This document shows, one piece after another, positions 12,196-24,018 of a stretch of DNA of 64,000 nt. The DNA is from Methanobacteriota archaeon (GTDB lineage: Archaea > Methanobacteriota > Methanobacteria > Methanobacteriales > Methanobacteriaceae). The stretch is from positions 1-64,000 of the forward strand of contig CAWBCJ010000001.1 in NCBI GenBank assembly GCA_963787255.1. The letters are read 5' to 3'. The stretch's first letter is position 1. Every line of letters starts with the position of its first letter. A program made the translations under genes and the position numbers. Below the pieces are notes generated by a model. That model saw only the letters and a list, made by a program, of their open reading frames with translations, did no database searches and had not been told where the DNA came from.

Positions 12196-12330
12196 GTGGT
12201 TGCCGCCCTCTAATTATAAATTCCACTCTACTGGTTGTATTTGTTTTCATTGATTAAATACTTTAAAAAAAATATTTATAATAGAACATAATAAATTCTG
12301 AATGGGGATCTAAAAGAGTGGTTGCCGCCC
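12196..12330 (-). promoter_or_regulatory. Two copies of the GGGCGGCAACCAC motif (12196-12208, 12318-12330)
   Basis: Exact 13-mer repeated in AT-rich DNA; also at 23606 and 24377. Confidence 0.6.
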
Positions 12331-12616
12331 TCTTATTTCCCCCAAACTTCAAACTTATATTAATATAAAATATATATTAATGGCCATTCACTTTCCGTTA
12401 AATGAGTAATATGGCCTGTTACTGTTTTTAATCTAAAAAAAGTTATTTATGATGGTAATTTGACCATTAGTCCAAAATCCTTCAATTGACCTAACTATTT
12501 CTAAAAAAAATGAATGAAATGGGGCTTAGAATTATTTTATTAAAATGACTTTTTTATCACTAAAAAAGATATTATTACCCTATTGATCCCCTATTTATAG
12601 AACCAACTTTTTAGGG

Positions 12617-14548
12617 TTAAAGGGGAATTGTGAAATAAAAAGTAGAACCCAAACCATAATCTGATTCAACCCAAACACGACCACCATGATTGTCAATAAT
12701 CCTCTTAACAATTGCAAGACCTATTCCTGCACCTTGATATTCTCCAATGGCGTGTAATCTTTTGAATACTTCAAAAATTTGGTCTGAATATTGTGGTTCT
12801 AGTCCTATCCCGTTATCACTAATTGAAAATATATATTCATTATCTTCTTTTTTTGCTTTAATATGAATTTTAGGCTTTACACCTTCCCTACGGAATTTTA
12901 ATGCATTACTAATTAAATTTTGGAATACTCGGGTTATTTGGCTTTCATCTGCAACAATATTAGGAAGCTTTTCATGGGTTACTTCTGCACTTAGTTCCTC
13001 TATTGAAGATTTAAGATTAGTTAAAGCAGTTTCTAAAGCCTCTTCAGCATTAAACTCTTTTTCTTCTCCACTTGTTCCCATACGAGAATAATCCAGTAAA
13101 CCCTTAATTTGCTCTTTCATTCTTTCTGAACCACTAATCATATAATCAAGGAATTCATCAGCATCACTATCCAATTGGCCTTCATAACGCCTTTTTAAGA
13201 GTCCTGCATAACTGCCCATGGTACGTAATGGCTCCTGCAGATCATGGCTGGTAATATAAGCAAAACTCTGCAAATCCCTATTAGAATGTTCTAGTTCTTC
13301 TATTGTTTCTTTTAATTGTTCTTCTGCTTTTTTACGTTCTGTAATATCACGGACAACAGTAAGGGCAATTTTTTTACCTTTAAATTCCATAATGTGGTTA
13401 TTAACTTCAACTGGTATTCTACGCCCATCTTTAGCCATATGAATATTTTCAAAGATTGCGTATCCTTTGTTTCTGATTTCTTCTGCATTTTTACGCATTT
13501 CAGCACGCATTTCAGGAGCAACAATATCTTGAGGAGTCATATTTAGCAATTCTTCTTTTGTATAACCAAGTCTTTTAGTAGTTGCTTCGTTAGCTTCAAT
13601 TATTTTGCCAGGTAGACCATTTTCCTTCATTTCATTTAAGACTATTGAATCTTCGGCTTCATCAAATATCAAACGGAATTTTTCTTCACTTTCTTTTAAT
13701 TGTTCTTCTGCCCGTTTTCGATCAGTTATATCATGTGAAATTACTAAAATTGAATTGGGAATTTTATATTTTCTTAATATTATGGGATATGTTTCACCCC
13801 AGCGAACTTCACCATTTTTACCTTTTATTCTGGTCTCATAAGGCCTCACATGTGTTCCTACCAATAGTTTTAAAAAATTTTTAACATGTATAGGAATGTC
13901 CTCTTTAAAAAGCATATCTATTTCAGTAAAATTTGTTCCAATTAGCTCTTCTTTGGATTTAGAGAGAATTTCTAGGGCCGCCCTATTGGCATCAATGATT
14001 TTACCATTTAAACCTACATGAACAGTGAAATTAGGTGAAGCTTCAAAAAATTGTTTATACTTTTCTTCACTTTCCTTCAATGATTCATAAGCTTTTTTCA
14101 GTTCCGCTGTACGTTCTTCAACCTTTTCTTCAAGGTTATCACGTGTATCTTTTAGAGCCTCTTCAGTGTGTTTAAGCTCGGTAATATCTGTTCTAAGCAC
14201 AGCAAAATGATCATCGGGCATATTAAAACCAGAAATAATGAAATATCTATCTGTAGGGGCATAATATACCTCAAATCGTTTGAATTTACCTGTTACAAGA
14301 AAGTCATTAATTGCTTGGAAAATTAGATTTAAATAATCTAAACTAAATAATTCTGAAGCATTCTTACCGATAGCATTTTCTTGATTTAAATCCATAGTTT
14401 CAACGGTAGCATGATTCATATATTCAAGTTTAGCGTCAACTGCTTCCCCTTTTTCATTAAAAATTAGCTTATAAACTGATACACCTTCAAGCATATTTTC
14501 AAATGCCTTAAACTGATTTTCAATCAAAGATTCGTAAGCTTTTTCCAT
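12617..14548 (-). CDS. PAS-domain sensor histidine kinase (3 PAS + HisKA + HATPase), intact
   Basis: [38 protein letters not shown]. Confidence 0.95.
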   Translation of the reverse strand: MEKAYESLIENQFKAFENMLEGVSVYKLIFNEKGEAVDAKLEYMNHATVETMDLNQENAIGKNASELFSLDYLNLIFQAINDFLVTGKFKRFEVYYAPTDRYFIISGFNMPDDHFAVLRTDITELKHTEEALKDTRDNLEEKVEERTAELKKAYESLKESEEKYKQFFEASPNFTVHVGLNGKIIDANRAALEILSKSKEELIGTNFTEIDMLFKEDIPIHVKNFLKLLVGTHVRPYETRIKGKNGEVRWGETYPIILRKYKIPNSILVISHDITDRKRAEEQLKESEEKFRLIFDEAEDSIVLNEMKENGLPGKIIEANEATTKRLGYTKEELLNMTPQDIVAPEMRAEMRKNAEEIRNKGYAIFENIHMAKDGRRIPVEVNNHIMEFKGKKIALTVVRDITERKKAEEQLKETIEELEHSNRDLQSFAYITSHDLQEPLRTMGSYAGLLKRRYEGQLDSDADEFLDYMISGSERMKEQIKGLLDYSRMGTSGEEKEFNAEEALETALTNLKSSIEELSAEVTHEKLPNIVADESQITRVFQNLISNALKFRREGVKPKIHIKAKKEDNEYIFSISDNGIGLEPQYSDQIFEVFKRLHAIGEYQGAGIGLAIVKRIIDNHGGRVWVESDYGLGSTFYFTIPL

Positions 14549-14649
14549 TATTTTCAGCCTCTACGACTGATTTATAAGTATTATTATATACTGAATATGT
14601 ATTATTTATTATTTTCAAATAGAAATAAATTTTACTAATTAAATTCATT

Positions 14650-17090
14650 CTATTTATTAATTGGAATAGTAAAATAAAAAGTAGAACCCACACCAAACTC
14701 TGATTCAACCCAAACACGACCACCATGACGCTCAATTATCCTTTTAACAATGGCTAATCCTATTCCTGTTCCTTCATATTCTCCAATGGGGTGTAATCTT
14801 TTGAATACTTCAAAGATACGGTCAGTATATTGTGGTTCTAATTCCTATTCCATTATCCGTACACTAAAAATATATTCATTATCTGTCTTTTCGTGCTTTA
14901 ATATGAATTTTAGGTTTTACTCCTTCCCTGTGGAATTTTAATGCATTTCCTATTAAATTCTGGAATACACTTGTAATTTGACTTTCATCAGCAATAATCA
15001 CCGGAAGTGAATCATGAGTATACTTCAGCATGGCATTCTTCAATAGCAGACTTTAAATTGGATAAAGCATTATTTAAAGCCTCTTCAGCATTGAACTCAT
15101 TAAACTCTTCACCTCGAGTTCCTAACACGAGAATACTCCAGTAAACCTTGAATCATATCCTGTTTCATTCTGGTAGCGCCAGCTAACCATGAAGTCAATG
15201 AATTCATCAGCATCACTATCTAATTGGCCTTCATAACGCCTTTTAGAAGTTGAGCATAACTGGCAATACTCCGTAATGGTTCCTGTAGGTCGTGACTGGT
15301 AATATAAGCAAAACTTTGTAATTCCTTGTTTGAACGTTCCAATTCATTTACGGTTTCCATTAAATGCTCTTCTGCTTGTTTTATTTCAGTAATATCACGT
15401 GCAGCGGCAAATACTCCTATAACTTCACCAGATTCATCTTTATAAACTGTAGCATTGTATAAAACAGGTGTTATATATCCATCTTTATGCTTAATCTCCA
15501 GAGGATAATCACGCACAAAACCTTCCCTGAATACCTGCTTATATCCAGATCGGGCTTTTTCATGTTCAGTGAAATAGTCTGAAAAGTCAGTTCCAATAAG
15601 TTCATCCCTAGGATAACCAGTAACAGCTTCTGTAGAGCTGTTTACATCGTTGATTTTCCCATCAGGCCCAATAGTAACTAGAGGATCCAAACTGGATTCA
15701 ATCAAACTACGATTATAAATACTTGCTATTTCAAGTTCTTTATTCGCTACTTGAAGCTCTGCGGTCCTTTCATTTACTCGCACCTCAAGCTCATCATAAG
15801 ACCTATGAAGTTCTTCTGTTGTAGACTGCAGTTCTTCATTGGATACTTCTAACTCTTCATTTAATTGCTGTGTTTCGTATAATAAATTTTTAATTTGATT
15901 TCAGCTTTTCTGCGTTTAGTTATATCAGTAAAAAATGTGGCAAATTGTCCTTTTTGTGGGGAAAATGCCACGATATCAAAATATCTTATCCAAAGGTGGA
16001 GAATATTGTTCAAAACTAACTGGTTCCCCATTAATTAGCTACGTTACCATACTTTTCAATAAAATCTGATTCATTTATACCTGGAAGAACTTCTGTAACT
16101 CTTTTACCAATAATATCCTCAACTTTTAATTCTGTAAACCTTTCAAAAGCATTATTAGCCGCTAAAAACGTAATCAACAGGATTTCCAGCATTATCCGTT
16201 GTAATTTCATGCAGGGCAAATCCTGTAAGCGGATTATTAAATAATTCACGATAACGTTTTTCACTCTTACGAAGATCTTCTTCAGCTTTTTTACGCTCGG
16301 TAATTTCGATTTCAAGGTCTGTTTTGGAGGCGGTAATGGTCTTCAACCGAGCCGTCATCTGATTGAACGCCTGTGACAATTCTCCAAATTCATCGTCTTG
16401 TTCCTCTTCAATGGTATGATCAAGATTTCCTGAACCGATAATTCTTGTTCCAGCTTGTAAATTAGACATAGCTGTTAATGTGCGCCTGTAAATCAAAAAA
16501 TAATTGGTAAGAAGAAATGCAACAACAGTTCCCAACAGAGCAGAAATAAGCAAGATATTTAATTGATTCAGTTGAGCTTCTTCATCATGTAATTCCTGTG
16601 ATAGGCGTGAAGCATCAAAAACTATCCCTTGGGTTTGAACCCCTAGCCGGCTCGATGAAACCTGAGCAAATTCAGGGCTTAATGCGTTTAGTTGACCTGA
16701 AGATGTGTTTGAAGAGCTTGATACGATTCCTTCAAAGGTTTCTTTCAATCGTTGTTGATTTACCTTGATATTATTGATAATCACTTGCTGATCGGGATTA
16801 TTCGTTCTCAAATTCGATATATCACTGGAAAACGAAGAATATTTTGAATTCCATCGATCTATCTGCTGACTTTCACGATACAGAAGATAATCATTAGATA
16901 AATAACTAAGATCACCAGCTTTAAGTTCAACATTTTTTACAATTTCTTGCTGTTTATTTAACTGTTCTACTTGTTGATTTGTGATAATTACCGATGCAGA
17001 GATGATAAGCAGAGCTATGACAAAAAATACCATGCTAATAATCAATTGTGTTCTGATTTTCATAATATTATTCACTTCATCGTCATTCAC
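14650..17090 (-). CDS. Membrane HAMP-PAS sensor histidine kinase, frameshifted
   Basis: Two TM helices flanking an extracellular helical domain, HAMP ([13 protein letters not shown]), PAS domains, H-box, and HATPase fragments to 14650. Confidence 0.85.
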
Positions 17091-17091
17091 T

Positions 17092-18099
17092 TTAACTGAT
17101 TATGTTTACTGATTCAGGCTTTACTTTCTCAAGGCTGGCTGTGTATATATAATTTCGGAAGTCCGGTATTTTAGTTTCATTCGTTAAATTATTGGCAATC
17201 ATCCAGCGAGCTTCATCTTCCATGGCAAAGATAAGCGACTGGTCAAGCGATAGGGAGAATTGATTCTGCTTCCAGACCGTATCCATATATGCATCGCTGA
17301 GGTTCAGCCGTTTCTGCACGATGGCCCTGGATTCGGCAGGATGAGTGTTGACATACTCCTCAGCCTGTACTAGAGACTTAAGGAATCTGCTGGCAAGTTC
17401 AGGATGCTTTGTTATCCAGTCCTCTTTGCATATTATCAGCGCATAAAGGGGCTGATTACTTTGTGCAGGCCAGAAAACAGCGTTAGTGCCCAGACGATCT
17501 TTGGCAGAATTAGCATAAGGTTGGGCAGTTGCAATCGCATCAATGTCTCCATCCGCAACTGCATTCACCCATTCTTCTGGAGTCTTGACATCAACAAGAG
17601 TTATATCCTGCATATTCATGCCATGCAGATTGAGAAACCTCCCAAGATGGAATTCTGCTATCGTTCCTATGGTAGTTCCAACTTTTTTCCCCTTGAGGTC
17701 TGAAACATTCTCAATTCCCCGATCCTTCCGTGCAACAATATACGTGAACTCACCTTTATTGATGGTTCCAATTGTGCGAATTTTCTCTTTCTTGAACGCC
17801 TTTTTAACTAGTGGAAACTCGGTTACGCCCACAGTAAGGTCTGCTTCACCATTTATTACCCCATCTAATGAAGCTGCTCCAGAATCATACTTACGCATGG
17901 TTATATTGAGGCCATTATCCTTAAAGAAGCCTTGATCTTCGGCAATCCAAAAAAGTGCGGTGGATTCAAATGGCGAATACGCGACTGTGATTGAATCCAT
18001 ATTCGTGGAGCTTTTTTGAAAGTCGAAAAAAGTCAATATACTAAATCCTACAAGCGCTATTACGACAATGACAGCTATTATAACAACATTTTTTTTCAT
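17092..18099 (-). CDS. NMT1/SsuA-family substrate-binding protein
   Basis: N-terminal anchor, WIAEDQGFFKDNGLNI, DLKGKKVGTTIGT, GDIDAIATAQP. Confidence 0.88.
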   Translation of the reverse strand: MKKNVVIIAVIVVIALVGFSILTFFDFQKSSTNMDSITVAYSPFESTALFWIAEDQGFFKDNGLNITMRKYDSGAASLDGVINGEADLTVGVTEFPLVKKAFKKEKIRTIGTINKGEFTYIVARKDRGIENVSDLKGKKVGTTIGTIAEFHLGRFLNLHGMNMQDITLVDVKTPEEWVNAVADGDIDAIATAQPYANSAKDRLGTNAVFWPAQSNQPLYALIICKEDWITKHPELASRFLKSLVQAEEYVNTHPAESRAIVQKRLNLSDAYMDTVWKQNQFSLSLDQSLIFAMEDEARWMIANNLTNETKIPDFRNYIYTASLEKVKPESVNIIS

Positions 18100-18167
18100 T
18101 GTATCACTCTTTAATTAATTTCACAATTTGATGGTGAATAATTATTAAATTACAATGGAAATACCTC

Positions 18168-20981
18168 TCAATTTTCAACTAGCTCAACAGGTATTGTGAA
18201 ATAAAATGTCGAACCCTCACCTAACTCGGATTCAACCCAAACACGACCATCATGACGTTCAATAATCCTCTTAACAATCGCTAATCCAATTCCAGTTCCT
18301 TGATATTCTCCAATAGGGTGTAATCGTTTGAATACTTCAAAAATACTGTCTACTATATTGTGGTTCTATTCCAATTCCATTATCGCTTACTGAAAAAACG
18401 CATTCGTTATCCTTTTTTTGTGCAGAAATATGGATTTTAGGCTGAACACCTTTTTTACGGAATTTTAATGTATTTCCTATTAAATTCTGGAATACAAGAC
18501 TTATTTGACTTTCATCAGCAACTATATTGGGAAGATGGTCGTGGGTTACTTCTGCATGGCATTCTTCTATTGCATATTTCAAATTAGTCAAAGCATTATG
18601 GAGCGCTTCTTCACTACTAAATTCCTTGAATTTTTCTCCTTGTGTACCCACACGAGAATACTCCAACAATCCTTTAATCATATCCTGCAATCTGACTGCG
18701 CCACTAACCATATATTCAATGAAATCGTCAGCATCACTATCTAATTTACCTTCATATCGCCTTTTAAGCAACCCTGCATAACTTCCCATAGTTCTTAATG
18801 GTTCCTGTAAATCATGGCTGGTAATATAAGCAAAACTCTGTAATTCCTGATTAGAACGTTTTAATTCATTAATTGTTGTTTTTAATTGTTTTTCTGCTCT
18901 ATCACGTCTTGTAACATCATATAAAAATACTAAAACAGAAATAGAACCATCAGGATTATTTATAGGGGTGGCCAATACATCATAAGTTTTATTTGTCTTA
19001 AATCGATGTTGTTCCCATTCAACAATATTACCTTCGAAAGCTTTTTGAATTTTACAATTGGAACAGATATCTTGCTCATTATAAAAATATTCATAACATT
19101 TTTGCCCTTTAAAAAGTCCAAAATCTTTCTCTATTACGGAATTAATATATTCTAATTCATAATCGCTATTTAAAATGTATACTCCACTTTTCGTTGTATT
19201 AAGAATACTATTTAGATTATCTCTTTCTGTTTGAAGCTCTAATGCTCGCTCTTTAACTTGTTCTTCTGATTTTTTAAGTTCAGTAATATCACGTGCTGCC
19301 GCAAAAACACCAATAACCTCACCATATTCATTTCTATAAACTGAAGCGTTGTACAGTACAGGAGTTGGACTTCCATTTCTGTGTTTTATTTCAAGTGGAT
19401 AATCCCGAACTTCACCATCCCTGAACACTCTTTGATACCCCGATTTGGCCTTTTGGGGTTCTGTGAAATAATCTGAAAAGTCTGTACCAATCAATTCATC
19501 TCGTGAATATCCTGTAACCAGTTCTGTAGCTGTATTTACATCAGTTTATTTTTCCATCAGGACCAATGGTAACCAGAGGGTCTAAACTGGATTCAATCAA
19601 ACTACGGTTATAAATACTTGCCAGTTTTAAAGCTTCTTCAGCTTTTTTACGCTCAGTTATGTCACGTGCAGCGGCAAAAACTCCGATAACTCTACCAGAT
19701 TCATCTTGATAGACTGAAGCATTATATAATACAGGTGTAACATGTCCATCTTTATGTTTAATCTCTAAAGGATAATCAATCACCTTACCCTCTTTGAAAA
19801 CTTGAATATAACCTTTTTTAGCCTTTTCAGGCTCAGTGAAGTAACCTGAAAAATTAGTTCCGATAAGTTCATCCCTGCTGAAACCAGTGACCATTTCCGT
19901 AGCTGTATTTACATCTGTAATCCTTCCATCGGGACCAATGGTAACCAGAGGGTCTAAACTGGATTCAATCAAACTACGATTATAAGCATTCGCTAATTTA
20001 AGTTCATGTACGTTCCTGAACTTGTTCTTCAAGATTATCATGAGCATTATAGAGCTTCTTCAGGCTTTTTACGTTCAGTTAAATCATGTGCATATACAGT
20101 AGCACCAATCACTTTCCCATTTGAATCTTTAATAGAAGTATGAAATATTGAAAAATAACGACGATTCTTGAGGATTATCACCCGCAATTGATTCCATATG
20201 CACCATTTCCCCGTTGAATGCCTTATCAAAGTTTGCTTTGGCATTTTCACGGTCTTTAACGTTTGTGTGATAATCAAGTATATTTGCACCTATTTCAATA
20301 TCAGCATTATAGAGATTTTTCATTACTTTGGCATGTTGCGAGTTGAAGCTTGTATATCGATAATTACAATCAACAGAAAATATAGGTCCTTCTGCGCTTC
20401 CATTACAAATTAAGTATATTATGCTTCTGTAAAAGTTCTTCCTCAGCTTTTTTACGCTCAGTAATATCGGTTATAGTTATGCGGTATTTTTCATCAACCT
20501 TATCATATATTGGCATAATTTGCATTTGAACATAAAATAGTGATTTTTTCCCTTTTTTTAACTGTAGTTCAACTTCTTGAATTTCATGGTTAACCATTGC
20601 ATCTTTAATAGAACGATAATATTTAGTCTGGTAATTTGAAGGTATGAATAGGATGAAACCAAACCCAATAATCCTGTCTTTTTCTAATCCAAGCAATTCT
20701 GCCCCTTTAGTGTTCACATTTCTTACATTTCCCTTATTATCCAATGAAAAGTATCCTACAGGCGCTTCATTGTACATTTCATGGTATTCATCGTAAAGCT
20801 TTGATAATTCCTCTTGAGTCTCCCTTAGTTCTTCATTCTGCATCTCAAGCTCTGTTTGGTGAACCTGAAGCTCATGCACCAACTCAGCAGTACTTTCAGG
20901 GATATTGCCTTTTACTTTGGCATTTTGTATCTCTTTTTCTGCACGCTCACGCAATGAACCAGTTTTTTTATTTAACCCCAT
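18168..20981 (-). CDS. Multi-PAS sensor histidine kinase, frameshifted
   Basis: ORFs 20403-20981, 20129-20323, 19541-20047 and 18337-19494; H-box and HATPase motifs to [10 protein letters not shown]. Confidence 0.85.
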
Positions 20982-21241
20982 CTTCAGACTCCTAAATGTG
21001 CTAATTATAACTTAATCTTTGAATAATCATTTGGTTCCCATAACCTATTCTTTATCATAAAAAAAGGATACCCATGTGATTGATTGAATATTTCCCTGAA
21101 TTCATCCCCTTATTGGGGTTTAAGAGTCCTTTATGCTTTTTTTATTGGTTCTGTCCATTTAAAAAACACCTTGAAACTTATATAATTTAATTATAATTAT
21201 ATTTTATGATTTAATTTTTCACAAATATTATTAAAAAAAAT
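20440..21241. repeat. Long direct repeat, copy 2
   Basis: Highly similar to 4830-5654. Confidence 0.9.
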
Positions 21242-21303
21242 ATTTTACTTTTCAGATGCTCTTGCATTAAACCCATTAAATACAGCACTTACCGGTGTTA
21301 AAA

Positions 21304-21414
21304 ATGAACATGACAGATGCAAGAGTACGCAAATGTAAGAATGTATCGATTTTAATTGATAATAAGATGCAAGAACGCAGAATCGAACACGACAAATGTA
21401 CATTTTTATGCTAG
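21304..21414 (+). CDS. Unannotated small ORF, family copy A (MNMTDARVRKCKNVSILIDNKMQERRIEHDK...)
   Basis: GGTG RBS and ATG; synonymous differences versus copy at 61842. Confidence 0.55.
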   Translation: MNMTDARVRKCKNVSILIDNKMQERRIEHDKCTFLC

Positions 21415-21590
21415 ATAAAAATACTTCTATAATACGAGAGGGGTTAAATAAAAAAAATTAAAATTCAAAATTTTAGAACTGTATTAATCCTCTTCTTCAA
21501 ACTCGATTTTTATGCGGATATCGTCACAGATAGGTTTACATAACCTTTCCTGCAATAATAATCATATTATAATTGTAGGAGATATTTAAA

Positions 21591-22448
21591 ATGGAAGTTA
21601 TACTTCAACAGTTTGCTAATCTCAGTGTTTTAATATATATTGTTACCACTATGCTGTCTATGGGTCTTAATTTTTTCCCTAAACAATTTTTAGAACCTTT
21701 AAAGGATAAGAGTCTCATATTAAAGTCTTTAGCTGCAAATTTCATATTATTGCCCATCATAACCTATATTATACTGCAAGTGATTCCCCTAGAGCAGGGT
21801 CTTGCCATTGGCTTAGTTTTAATGGCTGCAGGGGCAGGATCCCCCTTCATGCTGAAATTGGTTCAATTTATGAAAGCAGATATGGCATTTGCAGTGGGGC
21901 TGATGTTAATATTATCCATAGTGACCTTATTTTATATGCCATTAGTACTTTCTATTTTGTTACCCGGTGTTTCGGTAAATCCCCTGTCTATTGCAGTTTC
22001 CCTATTGGTCTTGATATTTTTACCCTTGATCATTGGAACTGCTGTAAAGTCAAGGTATAGTGAAATAGCTAAAACTATTCAACCCACTTTTAACCAGATA
22101 TCTAATATATTCATCTTCGTAGTGATATTTCTATATCTGGGTCTTAACTACCAGGACTTTCTGGCAGTATTCGGTACAGGAGCATTGATAGCTTCTTTAA
22201 TATTTGTATTATCAGCTTTCTTAATAGGCTACTTACTAGGAGGCCCTTCCAAAAATACAAAATCAGTGCTAGGTATGGGGACTGCTATAAGAAACTCATC
22301 TGCCGCATTTGTGGTAGCAGTTACCAACTTTAGCTCAGAATACGACGTCATGGCCATGATAATCGTAGTTTATATGCTCAGCATAATTACAATGATGATC
22401 ATTTCAGGTGAGATGGGTAAAAGATCCAAAGGTTCAGAAACACTATAA
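21591..22448 (+). CDS. Bile acid:sodium symporter (BASS) family transporter
   Basis: MLSMGL, ANFILLP, AIRNSSAA; about 9 TM helices. Confidence 0.88.
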   Translation: MEVILQQFANLSVLIYIVTTMLSMGLNFFPKQFLEPLKDKSLILKSLAANFILLPIITYIILQVIPLEQGLAIGLVLMAAGAGSPFMLKLVQFMKADMAFAVGLMLILSIVTLFYMPLVLSILLPGVSVNPLSIAVSLLVLIFLPLIIGTAVKSRYSEIAKTIQPTFNQISNIFIFVVIFLYLGLNYQDFLAVFGTGALIASLIFVLSAFLIGYLLGGPSKNTKSVLGMGTAIRNSSAAFVVAVTNFSSEYDVMAMIIVVYMLSIITMMIISGEMGKRSKGSETL

Positions 22449-22467
22449 AAATACAGGCACCGCACTT

Positions 22468-23256
22468 TTATAATTTACCAAATCTAGTATTAGAACTTCT
22501 AATACTAGCAGAATCCACAGCTTCCCATCTCCCACTGTTAACAAACTCTAACCTACCTTCAATTACTAATTTATCAATGATTTCCTTAGTTTCCCATTCT
22601 CCTTCATTATTATTTGGAAGCTTTGCAATTTTGCGAACTTGATCCAAAGAAACTGCTTGACCTACATTCAACTTACGGTAAACAATAGCTGCTTTATCTT
22701 CACTCATTTTAAATGAAGTCAGTCCTCTAATTTGGATACGTTTCTCATAAAGTTCTTTTAAATCATCAGGAATATTCACAAAATTGTACCGATTCACTTT
22801 CCATAAATTAGTACCACAAATATTTTCAACTCTACCTGTTTCTCTTAACCGTTTACTCCAATGTTCTCTCCAAGCATATTTACTATCATTACCCGTAATT
22901 CTTTTGACCAATCTTTTTAGATAATCGGTGTTTACTTTATCCTTAAAATATATGGGTCCTTTATCAAATTCATCAAAAAATTCATTTTCAGCCATAGTCC
23001 TTTTTTCATAAGCAACAGTGGTGGTTAATTCCTCACGTATAGAACCTTCAGGTGGAAGTTTCAGTGGAATATCTCCATTATAATTTTGTGCCGTTTTATC
23101 TGCATCTACCAAATATCCGTGATTTAATAAGTTTTCTAATGCCTCTTCTAAACTTATTCTGGTAGAGCGCCATGATTGACCATGATAAAAATAAACTGCT
23201 CTTGCAAATCTTCTCCACAAATCAGCATTTACAGCAGGAGGCCTGACCCTTTTCAT
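22468..23256 (-). CDS. Hypothetical DNA-binding protein (RHH-like N-terminus, winged-helix-like C-terminus)
   Basis: VNADLWRRFARAV...SLEEALENLL and VSLDQVRKIA...KEIIDKLVIEGRL; GGTGA RBS before ATG 23256. Confidence 0.55.
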   Translation of the reverse strand: MKRVRPPAVNADLWRRFARAVYFYHGQSWRSTRISLEEALENLLNHGYLVDADKTAQNYNGDIPLKLPPEGSIREELTTTVAYEKRTMAENEFFDEFDKGPIYFKDKVNTDYLKRLVKRITGNDSKYAWREHWSKRLRETGRVENICGTNLWKVNRYNFVNIPDDLKELYEKRIQIRGLTSFKMSEDKAAIVYRKLNVGQAVSLDQVRKIAKLPNNNEGEWETKEIIDKLVIEGRLEFVNSGRWEAVDSASIRSSNTRFGKL

Positions 23257-23605
23257 AAGATCACCCATATAATTGCATTTGAACCTTTGCATATTTTCTT
23301 GAAAACGGGTCCTGTTTTTAAAAAAAAGACCTGTTTTCCGATATAATATTCATTTATATTATTATATTTATAAAAAAATAATAATATAATAATACCTAAA
23401 ACATGTTCATCTTTCCTAATCTCAAAAAAAAGAGGATAAAAACATCTAAAAAAGGTTCTAAAATGTAATAATAACTTTTTTAAGGAAAATAGACTTTTAA
23501 TATGTTTATTAATGTTGATTTTTTTAATATTTTCTATATTTCTTTTTATTTTTGTGGTGTTTTTACCACCACCTTTGCAGGTTTCTATATTAGTGTTTTT
23601 CATGA

Positions 23606-23618
23606 GTGGTTGCCGCCC
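23606..23618 (-). promoter_or_regulatory. GGGCGGCAACCAC motif, copy 3
   Basis: Within a 28-bp segment (23600-23627) identical to 24371-24398. Confidence 0.6.
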
Positions 23619-23631
23619 CCATTATATTATA

Positions 23632-24018
23632 TCAATTTTTTTTATTGTAGTGAATACCATAAACCTTAAATTTCTTTGAATATTTACGTTTTCCCAGCAA
23701 ACGATCCGATTGATTTAATATGTGCCCTAATTTACGCCCTTTATTATCTAATGATAAAAAGAAAGGAGCATTCACAATTAAATCATTACTATGAATAAAT
23801 TGCATTAATTCACGCGTTATAAAATCTTCCCCGTTCATTTCATTTTCTATATAATATAATGCAAGTTTTATGACATCCTTTTCGTATTTTAACTTCTTAT
23901 TCCAAGCCTCTTTCGTGTTATCACGTCCCCTATTCCATTTTTTTAAGTAATATCCAAAATTATAACCCCACATAAACAACTCCATTTTTAAAGCTTTAAA
24001 CTCTAAAAATAAAACCAT
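23632..24018 (-). CDS. Hypothetical basic protein, possible winged helix
   Basis: ITRELMQFI...RKLGHILNQS; start uncertain. Confidence 0.45.
   Translation of the reverse strand: MVLFLEFKALKMELFMWGYNFGYYLKKWNRGRDNTKEAWNKKLKYEKDVIKLALYYIENEMNGEDFITRELMQFIHSNDLIVNAPFFLSLDNKGRKLGHILNQSDRLLGKRKYSKKFKVYGIHYNKKN

Noticed and set aside
12617-20981. Diversity-generating retroelement behind the repeated PAS units
   Set aside because: No reverse transcriptase in the window, and differences between copies do not appear confined to adenines.
23253-23603. 116-aa ORF after motif copy 3
   Set aside because: Extremely AT-rich with K/I/F/N-biased translation; probably non-coding, although its ATG directly follows the motif.
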